Origin: a plasmid
DNA: 64,000 nucleotides
Reading direction: 5' to 3' (one strand)
Sequence record: NZ_CP067021.1
Shown here: positions 48,475 through 58,998 of the stretch, piece after piece
How positions within the stretch are numbered: position 1 is the stretch's first letter
How the letters are laid out: every line of letters starts with the position of its first letter
Translations under genes and position numbers: made by a program
Notes under the pieces: model-generated
What the model was told of the DNA's origin: nothing
The model's input: the letters and a program-made list of their open reading frames with translations, nothing else
Databases searched by the model: none

Positions 48475-49536
48475 TCAATCATTCAAGCTCTTAAAAAACT
48501 CTTCAATTTTTCTAGCTTTCTCTTCTGTAATATCGGCATCCAAGGCTACTCGCAACTTAAGTACACTCTTACCTTTGGTACCACATTCAGAACTCATAGA
48601 ACCAAATTTAACGCCCTTATCTGTTTTAAAATCGAATTTATTCTTACTCGATTGTTCTTCAGTAGTAGCTTCTTCAGTTTTTTCAGGCTTAGTCGCCTTA
48701 TTTGCTTTTTCTTCTTCACTCAAAATAGCTATAAATCCTTTATGACGCTTGCCCGTGGATTTAAATTCTTCAACGTATTTATCCCATTCTGGTCTTAACA
48801 AGTCGAAAATTGCTTTTTCGGTTTTAGTTTCTAAAGCTTTATTTATTGCGGTATTCACTTCTTGAGCAATATATCCAGAAATTAGCTCAGGATCTTCGTT
48901 CAAAGAGTCCAAAATGAACTCAGGTAAGTCTAGAATATATTTGAGACGGAAATACTTCGACTTATCAATCGCAAATTTTTCAGTAACAAATTCATAACTT
49001 TCAAAAGGATAACCGAACTCTTCACATAATTGCTTGATTTTTAATATGCTTTCAAAATCTGTAAGATTATGTCTAGCAGTATTATCCAATAAAGCTGTTA
49101 TAGCAGCTTTATCATCATTCATAGATGTTTTAACTAAAGCAGTAATTCTCTTTAGCTTTAAAATCTCTTTAATTGCTCTAAAACGTCTCTCACCAGCAAT
49201 TAACTCGTAACGATTACCCTTCTGTCGAACAGTAATTGGGTTAATTTGTCCATTAATTTCTATATCAGCAGCCAAAATTGGCAACTTCTCATATACACGT
49301 TTATTCATGATACGTGGTTGATAAGGTGATGGATCAATTAAATCAATGTCGATTGATTCTAAATGAGATCCGCTAACAATATTTTTTGTTTCTCGCTTAG
49401 CTAGTGGGTTAAGACTCCCCTCTTCTATGGCTGGAGTCGCTGTATTTTCTTTTACATCAGTAACTTGAGCGTCACTCCCTGTTGCATTAGCAACAGGTGT
49501 TTTTTTCATGCTTTTTACTTTGTCTTTAAAGTTCAT
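48475..49536 (-). CDS. parB: ParB-family partition protein
   Basis: ParB N-terminal box GERRFRA; downstream of parA. Confidence 0.8.
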   Translation of the reverse strand: MNFKDKVKSMKKTPVANATGSDAQVTDVKENTATPAIEEGSLNPLAKRETKNIVSGSHLESIDIDLIDPSPYQPRIMNKRVYEKLPILAADIEINGQINPITVRQKGNRYELIAGERRFRAIKEILKLKRITALVKTSMNDDKAAITALLDNTARHNLTDFESILKIKQLCEEFGYPFESYEFVTEKFAIDKSKYFRLKYILDLPEFILDSLNEDPELISGYIAQEVNTAINKALETKTEKAIFDLLRPEWDKYVEEFKSTGKRHKGFIAILSEEEKANKATKPEKTEEATTEEQSSKNKFDFKTDKGVKFGSMSSECGTKGKSVLKLRVALDADITEEKARKIEEFFKSLND

Positions 49537-49545
49537 ATCAGCACC

Positions 49546-50382
49546 TTATAATTTTTTGTATTCAGAAACCATTAGATCTACAAGTTGATTAATTGCTTGT
49601 TTTGCTGGTGTTTCTTTTCCAGCATCCAGATCAAATACGGAACACTTAACATATGATGCTTGACTAAAAACCGTAGCATTTGGAATACAGATTAATTCCT
49701 TATTTACCAGTTTTTCTTGTAATTTTGGTTGAGCATATTCATTGCGAATATCTTCAGCCAAGGTAAGATCCACTGTATTACGCTTGTTATAAAAGTTTAG
49801 TACTGGCGATAGAATTTTTAAATCTGGATTGCTTGTCTCTAAATCATCCATAGAGTTAAGTATATCTTCCAAACCCTGAATACTGTATTCACCCTGTAAT
49901 GGAATTAATAAACTGTTTGATGCTAACAAAGCATTAAAAGTTAAAGTTTCCATTCGCGGTGGACAATCTAACAAAATAAAGTCGAAATCCCCTTTTATCT
50001 TTCTTAATACACTTCTAATAATTTCATTAGGAACTGGACTAGAACGTTGAATATTGATCTCAACATCACGAATGTTTTTAGCACAAGGAATCAAAGATAC
50101 ATTTTCAAAGTTGGTTTTATCTGGACCTTGTATAACATCGTGGATGTTAATTGTTTTATAGTTTTCAAAAATATCTTTTAGAGTGCCATCTATATCGTCA
50201 ATATCTGGAACATTTGAAATATGTTTTGTTGCATTACGTTGGCTATCTAAGTCGATTACTAAAACCGTATAACCTAATTTTCCAAGCTTAGCAGCACAAT
50301 TCACTGTAGATGTTGTTTTGCCCACACCACCTTTAAAATGGATGCTTGTACAAATATAAGTTTTTCCTGAGTTCTTTTGCAT
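49546..50382 (-). CDS. parA: ParA-family partition ATPase
   Basis: Deviant Walker A KGGVGKTT. Confidence 0.85.
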   Translation of the reverse strand: MQKNSGKTYICTSIHFKGGVGKTTSTVNCAAKLGKLGYTVLVIDLDSQRNATKHISNVPDIDDIDGTLKDIFENYKTINIHDVIQGPDKTNFENVSLIPCAKNIRDVEINIQRSSPVPNEIIRSVLRKIKGDFDFILLDCPPRMETLTFNALLASNSLLIPLQGEYSIQGLEDILNSMDDLETSNPDLKILSPVLNFYNKRNTVDLTLAEDIRNEYAQPKLQEKLVNKELICIPNATVFSQASYVKCSVFDLDAGKETPAKQAINQLVDLMVSEYKKL

Positions 50383-50512
50383 TTTTCAATCACCTTTCAA
50401 GTAAAGTCAAACAATACAATATTTGAAAAATATTTAAAATACTTTTTCACTTTATTTTTAATATATTTTAACTTTTTCAATCTATATGCCTAACATGTGT
50501 CCATATCTTATG

Positions 50513-51520
50513 TGTTTTTCATTATCAGACTGATAACAGCTTTAGATTCCTAAGCGTGGTTTTTTTCATTATCAGACTGATAACAGCTTTAGATTCCTAA
50601 GCGTGGTTTTTTTCATTATCAGGCTGATAACAGCTTTAGATTCCTTAGCGTGGTTTTTTCATTATCAGACTGATAACGGCTTTCGATTCTTAATCGTTGA
50701 TTTTTTCATTATCAGACTGATAACAGCTTTAGATTCCTTAGCGTGGTTTTTTTCATTATCAGACTGATAACAGCTTTAGATTCCTTAGCGTGGTTTTTTT
50801 CATTATCAGGCTGATAACAGCTTTAGATTCCTTAGCGTGGTTTTTTTCATTATCAGGCTGATAACAGCTTTAGATTCCTTAGCGTGGTTTTTTTCATTAT
50901 CAGTCTGATAACAGCTTTCGATTCCTAATCGTTGATTTTTTCATTATCAGACTGGTATCAGCTTTAGATTCCTAAGCGTGGTTTTTTCATTATCAGGCTG
51001 ATAATGGCTTTCGATTCTTAATCGTTGATTTTTTCATTATCAGACTGATAACGGCTTTAGATTCTTAATCGTTGGTTTTTTCATTATCAGACTGATAATG
51101 GCTTTCGATTCCTAATCGTGGTTTTTTCATTATCAGACTGATAACGGCTTTAGATTCCTTAGCGTGGTTTTTTCATTATCAGACTGATAACGGCTTTCGA
51201 TTCTTAATCGTTGTTTTTCATTTTCAGACTGATAATGGCTTTCGATTCCTAAGCGTGGTTTTTTTCATTATCAGGCTGATAACAGCTTTAGATTCCTTAG
51301 CGTGGTTTTTTCATTATCAGGCTGATAACAGCTTTCGATTCTTAATCGTTGATCTTTTCATTATCAGACTGATAACGGCTTTAGATTCTTAATCGTTGGT
51401 TTTTTCATTATCAGACTGATAACGGCTTTAGATTCTTAATCGTTGGTTTTTTCATTATCAGGCTGATAATGGCTTTCGATTCCTAATCGTGGTTTTTTCA
51501 TTATCAGACTGATAACAGGG
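50513..51520. repeat. Array of about 21 direct repeats of a 46-47 bp iteron, each with the palindrome TTATCAG(A/G)CTGATAA; two alternating subtypes
   Basis: Period measured at 47, 47 and 46 bp between successive CATTATCAG starts. Confidence 0.9.
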
Positions 51521-51730
51521 GAGTTGCCAAGAAGAGGGGAGGGCTTACTACTACTTACAGTTAAACAAATGAGTAGACGTAGTGAAATGCACAACTGAAA
51601 ATGATCTATATTAGCTGAGTAGGGGAGTGCCCTATTCACTAAAAAGACTACCAACAATATTTATAGAGAAATTTATAATATAGGCGATTAATACACTTAA
51701 ATGTCTAGTAGGGGAGGGCTTCTTATTCAT
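51521..51730. repeat. Three dispersed copies of a GTAGGGGAG(G/T)GC(C/T)T motif at about 51528, 51612 and 51704
   Basis: Seen by eye; spacing about 90 bp. Confidence 0.4.
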
Positions 51731-51925
51731 TCTTTTTAGTATTTGACCAAGAATACTGGCTTAGTGTTGAGGTTGACCTGATTTAAGCTTTAAAAGGTAT
51801 TAAGTGCCACTTTAGTCAACATCTTAAAACCATACTTAAAATCCTTAAAAGGTTTAAGGGGAATTAGATTAAAACCAATATTAACTATATAATACTCAAC
51901 AATACACATATTAATAGGGTATAAA

Positions 51926-53455
51926 ATGGCAGATCCAAAAGATAAGCTTGTACATGAGAATCATATTTATATATTTACTGTTGTTATGGTTTTAGTGGCT
52001 TTTTTGGCTGTATGGTTTGCTTATAAACCTCAAATTGTAGGGTTTTTAGTATACACAAAAGGCATTTTAATTATTCCTCTATGGTGGATACATAGCCTAT
52101 TCAAAGCTATCGGGCTTAATTACGTACCTTTACTAAGTGAGTTGGTGTATTCAACAGAACACCTATGTAAACCAACAAACAATTGGCTTCCATTATTTTG
52201 TCAAAATAAGTTTAGCGAAGTCACTATTTTTCAAATTTCAAAAGCCAGTCAAGCATGGAATTTATTAATATTTTTGCTGGCAACACCTTGGATAAAGAAA
52301 GCTTATGACCGCTTCAACAGCGAGCATCCAGCACGGGGCTTTATCAAAAGCATGAACCTAGAAGAGTTCATAGAGGAACAAATTCCAAACCAAAGACACT
52401 TACAGGTTTTTGGTCCATTAGACTTGTCAAAATATGATACGAACAATGGTCATTTTAAAGCGCTTGATTCAACTTATGAGTTTGCAAATAGGCATGAGTT
52501 AATTACAGGAACAAAAGAGCGCCTTGTGAACATTACAATCAACGGAGTAACGAAAGAATATAATGATAAAAGCGAAACAGTACCTATCATAGATGAAGAG
52601 AAGTTTTTAAATGTCTTACGTGCACAACTAGGGGATCTTTGGATAACCCTTGATAGTTCAAAAGAAACAACACCCGATGAATTATCGTATTTATCCGATG
52701 TTGATACAATTTTGCTAGCTTTGTATTTACCAGTAGCATGTGCGACTGATGAATCTATGGATGATAAAGAGTTCCGTAAAATCAAAAAAGATTCAACAAC
52801 ATTAATTAATTACTATTGGGATATTTGCACAAAAAATATACCTAGCAACCCATTGTTTACAATTGAAAATCAGTATGTTGAGGGCGATCGTAAGCTTGTA
52901 GGGTTTAATTTTGACTTCCTTAGAAAAAGAATTCACAAATACATTAAACATCCCGTTGCTACTAAGATTTTTAATAACCATGCATATGTAAGAACTATTT
53001 TGTGTGAGGTTGTATTAACAGCAAGACAGCTAGGTGTAATGCCACCAACAGATATACGCTGGTTAAAACTATACAATCGAACTGCATACGCATTCATACA
53101 GAATATTGGTAGACCGTCTTTGTTTAGTGAGGGTTTAGGTCCAATCTCGCATTATCTAATTGAGGTGAAATTAGGGAAGCCATTAGAAGAGCCAGACTTT
53201 AACATTGGTCTTGTTGGTTTTGAATACGAATTATTGAGTTTTGCCATGACTGAAGCTAGACAAAAAGCTGCTGAAGATGTAAACAGTATTATTCGAGTAG
53301 TAGAGTTTACGGACAAGGAATTAAACAACGGATCTTATAACTCTAAAAACAATTATAAAGATGATTTTAAGTATAGTGATGATCATGTTTTTGATATGGT
53401 GAGTGTAGAAATACCACAGGATGAAATACAAAAAAACAAGCAAAAAGGGTTTTAG
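51926..53455 (+). CDS. membrane protein, possibly TrbA/DotM (IcmP)-like
   Basis: Two N-terminal TM helices; directly precedes the trbB-like gene. Confidence 0.35.
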   Translation: MADPKDKLVHENHIYIFTVVMVLVAFLAVWFAYKPQIVGFLVYTKGILIIPLWWIHSLFKAIGLNYVPLLSELVYSTEHLCKPTNNWLPLFCQNKFSEVTIFQISKASQAWNLLIFLLATPWIKKAYDRFNSEHPARGFIKSMNLEEFIEEQIPNQRHLQVFGPLDLSKYDTNNGHFKALDSTYEFANRHELITGTKERLVNITINGVTKEYNDKSETVPIIDEEKFLNVLRAQLGDLWITLDSSKETTPDELSYLSDVDTILLALYLPVACATDESMDDKEFRKIKKDSTTLINYYWDICTKNIPSNPLFTIENQYVEGDRKLVGFNFDFLRKRIHKYIKHPVATKIFNNHAYVRTILCEVVLTARQLGVMPPTDIRWLKLYNRTAYAFIQNIGRPSLFSEGLGPISHYLIEVKLGKPLEEPDFNIGLVGFEYELLSFAMTEARQKAAEDVNSIIRVVEFTDKELNNGSYNSKNNYKDDFKYSDDHVFDMVSVEIPQDEIQKNKQKGF

Positions 53456-53577
53456 TCTTATACTTATAAGTTATAATTGACCGGTATTAAAACACCGGTC
53501 TTTTTTATTTAACTATTTTTTTAAAACCATATTTTAACTATACTATTAAAACATGGCTTAAAAGGTAATACTCTAAA

Positions 53578-54483
53578 ATGCTTTTAAATAATTTCACTAA
53601 AATAGTAGCAAGTTGCGCTATTAGTATTATTACAATCTCTACTTACGCTGCACCATCTCAGGACCTTACTTCTAAGATGCAAAAAATGGGCAAAGTAAAA
53701 GAAGTTAAACCCTTTAGTGGAGGTTTAACTTCTTGGATTCTTGAGGCACCTAATGGGAAAAATGCGGTGTTTTTTACAACATCCGATGAAAAAGTCATCT
53801 TACATGGTACAGCTTGGGATTCTGCTACTAAAAAAAATATATCTGAGCCTCTTAAATTAACTGCAAAAAAAATGAATGCACCAGCACAACAACCAACAGC
53901 TTCCGTTGGGAATTTGGCCAGTGCATACAATCATCCAGTCTTTAAAGCTGTAAAAACGCTTTCAGGGTTTAAAGAGGGAAAAGCGAATGATAACAACACT
54001 GTTTACATCATTTACGATCCACGCTGTAAATATTGCCACGAAACATTCAACCTTTCTCGCTCATACGTTAAAAGCGGTGCAACTATTAAATGGATTCCAG
54101 CTTTAGTTCTAAACCAAAGTGAAAACGGAAAACAATTAGCTGCTGGAATTCTTCGTAAACCATCTGAAGATACTATTAATAAAACCTTTAATGGAACAGA
54201 TGAAGAAATTAACTCAATTAAAGTGATTCCTACACCACAGGAACTTGCTGAGTTGGATAAACACTTAGGCGCTCTTCAATCTATCTTCTTCTATCACGAA
54301 GATATTGTTGCAATGCCAAAAGAAGATCGTGAACAGCGAGAAGCAATTCGTAGCGCTGGACAAAAGCCACAGCCACTAACTGCTGGTGTACCAGTTGCTA
54401 TCTTTGTAAATAAAAAGACTGGAAAAGTTGAAGCTCGTAGAGGAACTTCAGAAACAGCCACTCTTGACTATATTTTCAAATAA
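53578..54483 (+). CDS. DsbC-like periplasmic thiol:disulfide isomerase (IncI TrbB-like)
   Basis: Signal peptide; thioredoxin CxxC (DPRCKYCHE). Confidence 0.65.
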   Translation: MLLNNFTKIVASCAISIITISTYAAPSQDLTSKMQKMGKVKEVKPFSGGLTSWILEAPNGKNAVFFTTSDEKVILHGTAWDSATKKNISEPLKLTAKKMNAPAQQPTASVGNLASAYNHPVFKAVKTLSGFKEGKANDNNTVYIIYDPRCKYCHETFNLSRSYVKSGATIKWIPALVLNQSENGKQLAAGILRKPSEDTINKTFNGTDEEINSIKVIPTPQELAELDKHLGALQSIFFYHEDIVAMPKEDREQREAIRSAGQKPQPLTAGVPVAIFVNKKTGKVEARRGTSETATLDYIFK

Positions 54484-54495
54484 GAGGGAATTGAG

Positions 54496-55170
54496 ATGAA
54501 CAAAACTCAATTGAAAGCTTTCCAATCGATTGTCGGTAACTTTTCACCTTATTTCTCTAAGATAAACAATGAGTCTATGTTTTTAGATTCTGACCTTTCT
54601 GGAGATACGGATAGAAATCGCCAGGTGAGTATCTTCAATATAGATGCAAAGGCCACAGATCTACTATTAACGATCAAAGGATTTGATCAGGTCGAGAATA
54701 ATTTGTTTAGAGGACAAGTTTTCTTAAATTCTGACGAAAACACAGAAATTCTTATTAGTGAGCCATGCTATTACTTAAACAAAAGCAAGGTTCGTTTCAG
54801 TACAAATGAACTTCAAAGCTACATAAAGGAAGTTTGGCATCAAGCTCTAAATGAATATAAGGCTGATGTTACAGACAGCACTATACGTTCTAATGAAGAA
54901 AAATACAGCTTATCTTTAGCAGATAGATTCTCTAGTTTTAAAAAGTCTTGGCCAGCTATGGGCATTGTAGCTGCAGTAGTTGTTTTTGCTGGAGGCGGTT
55001 ACTTTTTAGGTTCAGGTACTAATGCGAAAAATGCATCTTCAGAAACAAGTTCGCAACAACTAAGCACATCTGATAACCCTGAACTTGACGGTAAAGCCTT
55101 GGCTCTTAAAAACATGGGGTTAGATCCTAACTCAATGGCTTTTGATAACTCATGCTTTAAAGAAAAATAA
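54496..55170 (+). CDS. hypothetical protein with one TM helix (224 aa)
   Basis: ORF. Confidence 0.45.
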   Translation: MNKTQLKAFQSIVGNFSPYFSKINNESMFLDSDLSGDTDRNRQVSIFNIDAKATDLLLTIKGFDQVENNLFRGQVFLNSDENTEILISEPCYYLNKSKVRFSTNELQSYIKEVWHQALNEYKADVTDSTIRSNEEKYSLSLADRFSSFKKSWPAMGIVAAVVVFAGGGYFLGSGTNAKNASSETSSQQLSTSDNPELDGKALALKNMGLDPNSMAFDNSCFKEK

Positions 55171-55182
55171 GGTGAATTATCT

Positions 55183-55752
55183 ATGAGAGCTAGACGAATA
55201 GAAAACCTTGAAGCATTACAGCTAAAGGCCTCAGAAATAGCACAAATAACCGTTAAAGAGTTGGAAGCACGACACTATTTAGTTTGGTGGTTGAGCTCAT
55301 ATGACCGAAACATGAAACGTGGCTATAACAATGAAACCATTTGTTTAAGCACCTATCAGGTGAATGAGTTTTGTTTTTCATATGCAATCACAAGCGAAGT
55401 TGAAAAGTTTTATTTACTAATACAACCCGAAAATTGGTTTTTAAATGATTTAGCTTTCGAGTCTGCTTCTATAGATGAAAAAGGCTTAGTTTTAAATTTA
55501 GCTGAAGTAAATGATCAGTTATTCAAGCTGTATATATCGCGAATGCAAATCAGATTTAATCTTGATGAAATTCATGCTGAACGTTTAACACACGCAAAGA
55601 AATATGCAAAAGAACTGGTCTTTATTCAATACAACCCACAGAAAAATCAGGTCATGAATGTAGGTGTTTCTATCAATTTAGAAAACAACACAATCAATCG
55701 AAAATCATCAAATCAAACGGCAAAAAATAAGCGTTTGAAAGGGGCATTCTAA
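55183..55752 (+). CDS. hypothetical protein (189 aa)
   Basis: ORF. Confidence 0.45.
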   Translation: MRARRIENLEALQLKASEIAQITVKELEARHYLVWWLSSYDRNMKRGYNNETICLSTYQVNEFCFSYAITSEVEKFYLLIQPENWFLNDLAFESASIDEKGLVLNLAEVNDQLFKLYISRMQIRFNLDEIHAERLTHAKKYAKELVFIQYNPQKNQVMNVGVSINLENNTINRKSSNQTAKNKRLKGAF

Positions 55753-56309
55753 TGAAGAAATCAAACTATTTTAAGGTAATTGGTGCAGTAGCAGTTTCAA
55801 CAGTTGTTTCACTTGCTTATGCTGGCTTTACTGAAATTAATAGTTCTGGAGACATTGTTTCTAAAGACAGTGCAAATGCTTTACGCACCAGTTTTTCAAC
55901 ACCAAATCAAAATATACCAGCGCCATTACGCACATATTCACTATGGGATAAGATCTCAGAGACAACCAAATATAATGGCACAGTAGAACCGAAGCCAACA
56001 CCTGTTGCAATTGCGAGTACATCTTCACAAGCACAAAATATTCAAAGCAAAAGCAATATTAATGTGGCTAACATAGAGAGCCAACAGGAAATCAAAAGAT
56101 TACAGGCAGCACTAAAAGAGAAAGAAACTGAGAATAACAAGCTCAAATATTCAAACCTTGACATGCAAGTGCAAGTAGTTGAACTAAAAAGCGATATAAA
56201 CGAACTGAAGCAACAAGTTAACTTTTTAGCAAGCCAGATGCAAATTGTTGAAAGCGATGTGCTTGTAATGAAAAACAAAAAACCAAGTTCTTTTCTAGCA
56301 CGAAATTAA
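55752..56309 (+). CDS. secreted coiled-coil protein (185 aa)
   Basis: Signal peptide; heptad-rich C-terminus. Confidence 0.45.
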   Translation: MKKSNYFKVIGAVAVSTVVSLAYAGFTEINSSGDIVSKDSANALRTSFSTPNQNIPAPLRTYSLWDKISETTKYNGTVEPKPTPVAIASTSSQAQNIQSKSNINVANIESQQEIKRLQAALKEKETENNKLKYSNLDMQVQVVELKSDINELKQQVNFLASQMQIVESDVLVMKNKKPSSFLARN

Positions 56310-56312
56310 GCA

Positions 56313-57869
56313 ATGGTTGTGAAGAAAATTACTCAAAAACCTACCAGTGAACAGCAACGAGCAATTGATAAAGCAACACGACTAAAAACCAGTTTTAAAT
56401 TGATTGCTTTTGCTGGTACTGGTAAGACTACGACATTGATCCACTGTAGTAGTGCTTTGCAACAACTAGGTAAGCTTGGACTATATCTATCATTTAATAA
56501 AAAGATGGCAGATGAAGCTAATCAAAAATTCGCTGAATATGGATTGAATTCAGTCACATGTTCTACATTCCATTCCCTAGCTTACAGAAATATACCCGGT
56601 TGGCTGAAAAATAAGATTAACAAGCCTACGTTACTTCCTAAAGATATTGTTCAAAAGTTTAAACTTGAAAACATTCGATTTCAGTACAACGGGAAAAACC
56701 GACAACTCACCGATCTAACATTAGCGCTGATTATCCTGAATACATTACGTTATTTTTGTATGACAGTGGATCAGACTGTTACCAATGATCATGCTTACAT
56801 AGCATTAAAAGAACAAACATCAATTAAGCGCAATGACGTTCTTGAAGATAAAATCACTTCAATTGCGAAAATGATCTGGAATGATGTAGTTGATCCAAAC
56901 GGTGATTATGGTATTACACACGATTACTATCTCAAGTGGTGGGTACTGCAAAAACCACAACTTGATTTTGATTACGTGATGGTAGATGAAAGCCAAGATA
57001 GTGACCAATTAATACTAGATGTACTCAAACGTCAAAAAGCAAAAGTTATTTTTGTTGGAGATCCATACCAAAGCATTTATGGCTTTAGGGGTGCGAAAGA
57101 TATTTTACAGAACCTAGATCTTGAAGCATTGTACTTAGAGCAGTCGTTTCGGTTTGGTAATGCAGTTGCAGATATAGCTAATCTACTTCTCAATAAACTT
57201 TTTGGTGAAACCCGACAGTTAAAAGGTTTACCAAGTAAAACGTCAAAAGTTACCACTTTCAGTACATCAAGTTATGCACCATCTTCATTGAACGCGATTA
57301 TTTGTAGAACAAATGCTACGGCTTTTGAATACTTTTTTAAGTTTCATAGCTACCTTAATGGCGAAAAGAAAATACGTCTTGAGGTTGATGGAAAGCGCAG
57401 TAAAGATATTTTCAGTGGTATTTTTCAACTGAGAGCAAATAAACGGCCAACGTGTAAAGAGCTTCAAAACTTTTCTTCCTACCAAGAGCTTGTGGACCAT
57501 ATACAAGTGTTTGGAGAAGTGGAGGGGGCAACTACAGAATTAAAAACCTTTCTGGATCTAACAAACCAATACTCATGGCAAGTGATTGAGTGGGCGTTAG
57601 AAAATAGTATGGCTGATGATGAAACTGACCCAAAAAATACTTTGGTCATTAGCACATCACACAAGAGTAAAGGTTTAGAGTGGGATAATGTCCTAATCGC
57701 AAAAGGGTTTAACTATAAAATTCTCGATAAAAAGCTAATGATTTCTGCAGATGAAAAACGGCTGTTGTATGTGACCGTAACACGAGCCAAAAACATATTA
57801 TTTACAGATGGCATTAATGATTTATTGGAACACTTAAATTCAAAAAATATGGAGATTTCAAATGCCTAA
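56313..57869 (+). CDS. short UvrD/Rep-family (SF1) helicase-like protein, 518 aa
   Basis: Motif I AFAGTGKTTTL, motif II VMVDESQDSDQ, motif III FVGDPYQSIYGFRGA. Confidence 0.65.
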   Translation: MVVKKITQKPTSEQQRAIDKATRLKTSFKLIAFAGTGKTTTLIHCSSALQQLGKLGLYLSFNKKMADEANQKFAEYGLNSVTCSTFHSLAYRNIPGWLKNKINKPTLLPKDIVQKFKLENIRFQYNGKNRQLTDLTLALIILNTLRYFCMTVDQTVTNDHAYIALKEQTSIKRNDVLEDKITSIAKMIWNDVVDPNGDYGITHDYYLKWWVLQKPQLDFDYVMVDESQDSDQLILDVLKRQKAKVIFVGDPYQSIYGFRGAKDILQNLDLEALYLEQSFRFGNAVADIANLLLNKLFGETRQLKGLPSKTSKVTTFSTSSYAPSSLNAIICRTNATAFEYFFKFHSYLNGEKKIRLEVDGKRSKDIFSGIFQLRANKRPTCKELQNFSSYQELVDHIQVFGEVEGATTELKTFLDLTNQYSWQVIEWALENSMADDETDPKNTLVISTSHKSKGLEWDNVLIAKGFNYKILDKKLMISADEKRLLYVTVTRAKNILFTDGINDLLEHLNSKNMEISNA

Positions 57870-58506
57870 TCAAGTTGAAGTTCTGCAAAATAGAGTGTTT
57901 CAGGCATGTCACAATGCTAGTTATATTCGCGGAGAGTTTCATCACGAACCGTATATCATGGAGCTAGTTAAGAAAAAGGGCTCACAGGTCGCAGATATAA
58001 TCACACCACTTCTTGAAATGTTTCATCTAATTGAAAAGGAAACAAAGTCAAACTTTAGTTTCACGGAAGATTTTAATTTCAAGCAACGCCATTTTGAACC
58101 AGGTGTTTATCTCAAAACTAAAGAGATATTAAATGGTGTAGAAACGTTCGATGGCCTGGCTATCGTTGATATTCCTTCAGGATCTTTTAGAAGCATTGTC
58201 ATAGATTCAGGCGGTGGAATTGCTTCAAGTAAACATACAATTGAGCAGTTTAAGGAATTAAAGGGGAGATATTTAATTCCATTTTATTTTGATGGAATAT
58301 ATGTGCACCCTCACTGTTATACATATTTTTTCATCGAAAATGATATTAAGAGGGTGATGCCCCTTGAGGCTTATGATTCAAGCAAAGTAGGAAATGAGCA
58401 AAACATGGGCTTGCATTGGGTAGAAGAAGCAATTGAATACGGTAATCTTCACTTTGGGTTTGAAGTTGAAACACCAGATACCGAAACAATTATAGAAAAA
58501 GTCTAA
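57862..58506 (+). CDS. hypothetical protein translationally coupled to the helicase (214 aa)
   Basis: 8-nt overlap with the helicase gene. Confidence 0.5.
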   Translation: MPNQVEVLQNRVFQACHNASYIRGEFHHEPYIMELVKKKGSQVADIITPLLEMFHLIEKETKSNFSFTEDFNFKQRHFEPGVYLKTKEILNGVETFDGLAIVDIPSGSFRSIVIDSGGGIASSKHTIEQFKELKGRYLIPFYFDGIYVHPHCYTYFFIENDIKRVMPLEAYDSSKVGNEQNMGLHWVEEAIEYGNLHFGFEVETPDTETIIEKV

Positions 58507-58558
58507 AACCAAACGACAAAAAAGGGCATCTTATAGATGTCCTTTTTATGTTTTGAAA

Positions 58559-58984
58559 TTAATAAGAAAGGTCGATTGCCACTTGTGCTAAAGATGTAAA
58601 AGCAGAGGATTCACACATATAAGATTGACGAATAAAAAACGATGGATTGTATGAACTCACCATAGTTTGACTATCACAGTTTTGGCTAAATTTAATATGT
58701 TGTATATTGATTGCTTGCCAAGCTGCAGCATTCTTTTGACTTTCCGCACGAACGTCTTTGATGAAACGTGTTAATGATTGGTTGTACGGTGTATTGCACT
58801 TAAGTTCTGGTGAACCGTACTCAGAATCACGCGCTTCATTATAATTAAATACGCATTTTTGATACTCGGCTTGTACCTTGTTATAAGCTTGAATAGCTTC
58901 AGCTTTGGTCTTATAACCAGCGTTGGCAGATGACGTAATAATGGTAGCAGCACATATCAAAGCTAAACTTAAAAACTTTTTCAT
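58559..58984 (-). CDS. small secreted Cys-containing protein (start at MKKF)
   Basis: Signal peptide; AAGGA SD; paralogous layout to the next gene. Confidence 0.45.
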   Translation of the reverse strand: MKKFLSLALICAATIITSSANAGYKTKAEAIQAYNKVQAEYQKCVFNYNEARDSEYGSPELKCNTPYNQSLTRFIKDVRAESQKNAAAWQAINIQHIKFSQNCDSQTMVSSYNPSFFIRQSYMCESSAFTSLAQVAIDLSY

Positions 58985-58998
58985 AATCTGATCCTTTA

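Noticed and set aside
50513-51520. Possible CRISPR array (regular 46-47 bp repeats)
   Set aside because: The repeats are contiguous with no unique spacers and no cas genes are present. The structure fits iterons or a centromere instead.
51436-51657. 73-aa ORF overlapping the last iterons
   Set aside because: It overlaps repeat DNA and the GGGGAG motifs, has no RBS, and is likely spurious.
56313-57869. Gabija (GajB) assignment for the UvrD-like helicase
   Set aside because: No OLD-family ATPase/nuclease (GajA) is adjacent. The upstream genes are small non-ATPase proteins.
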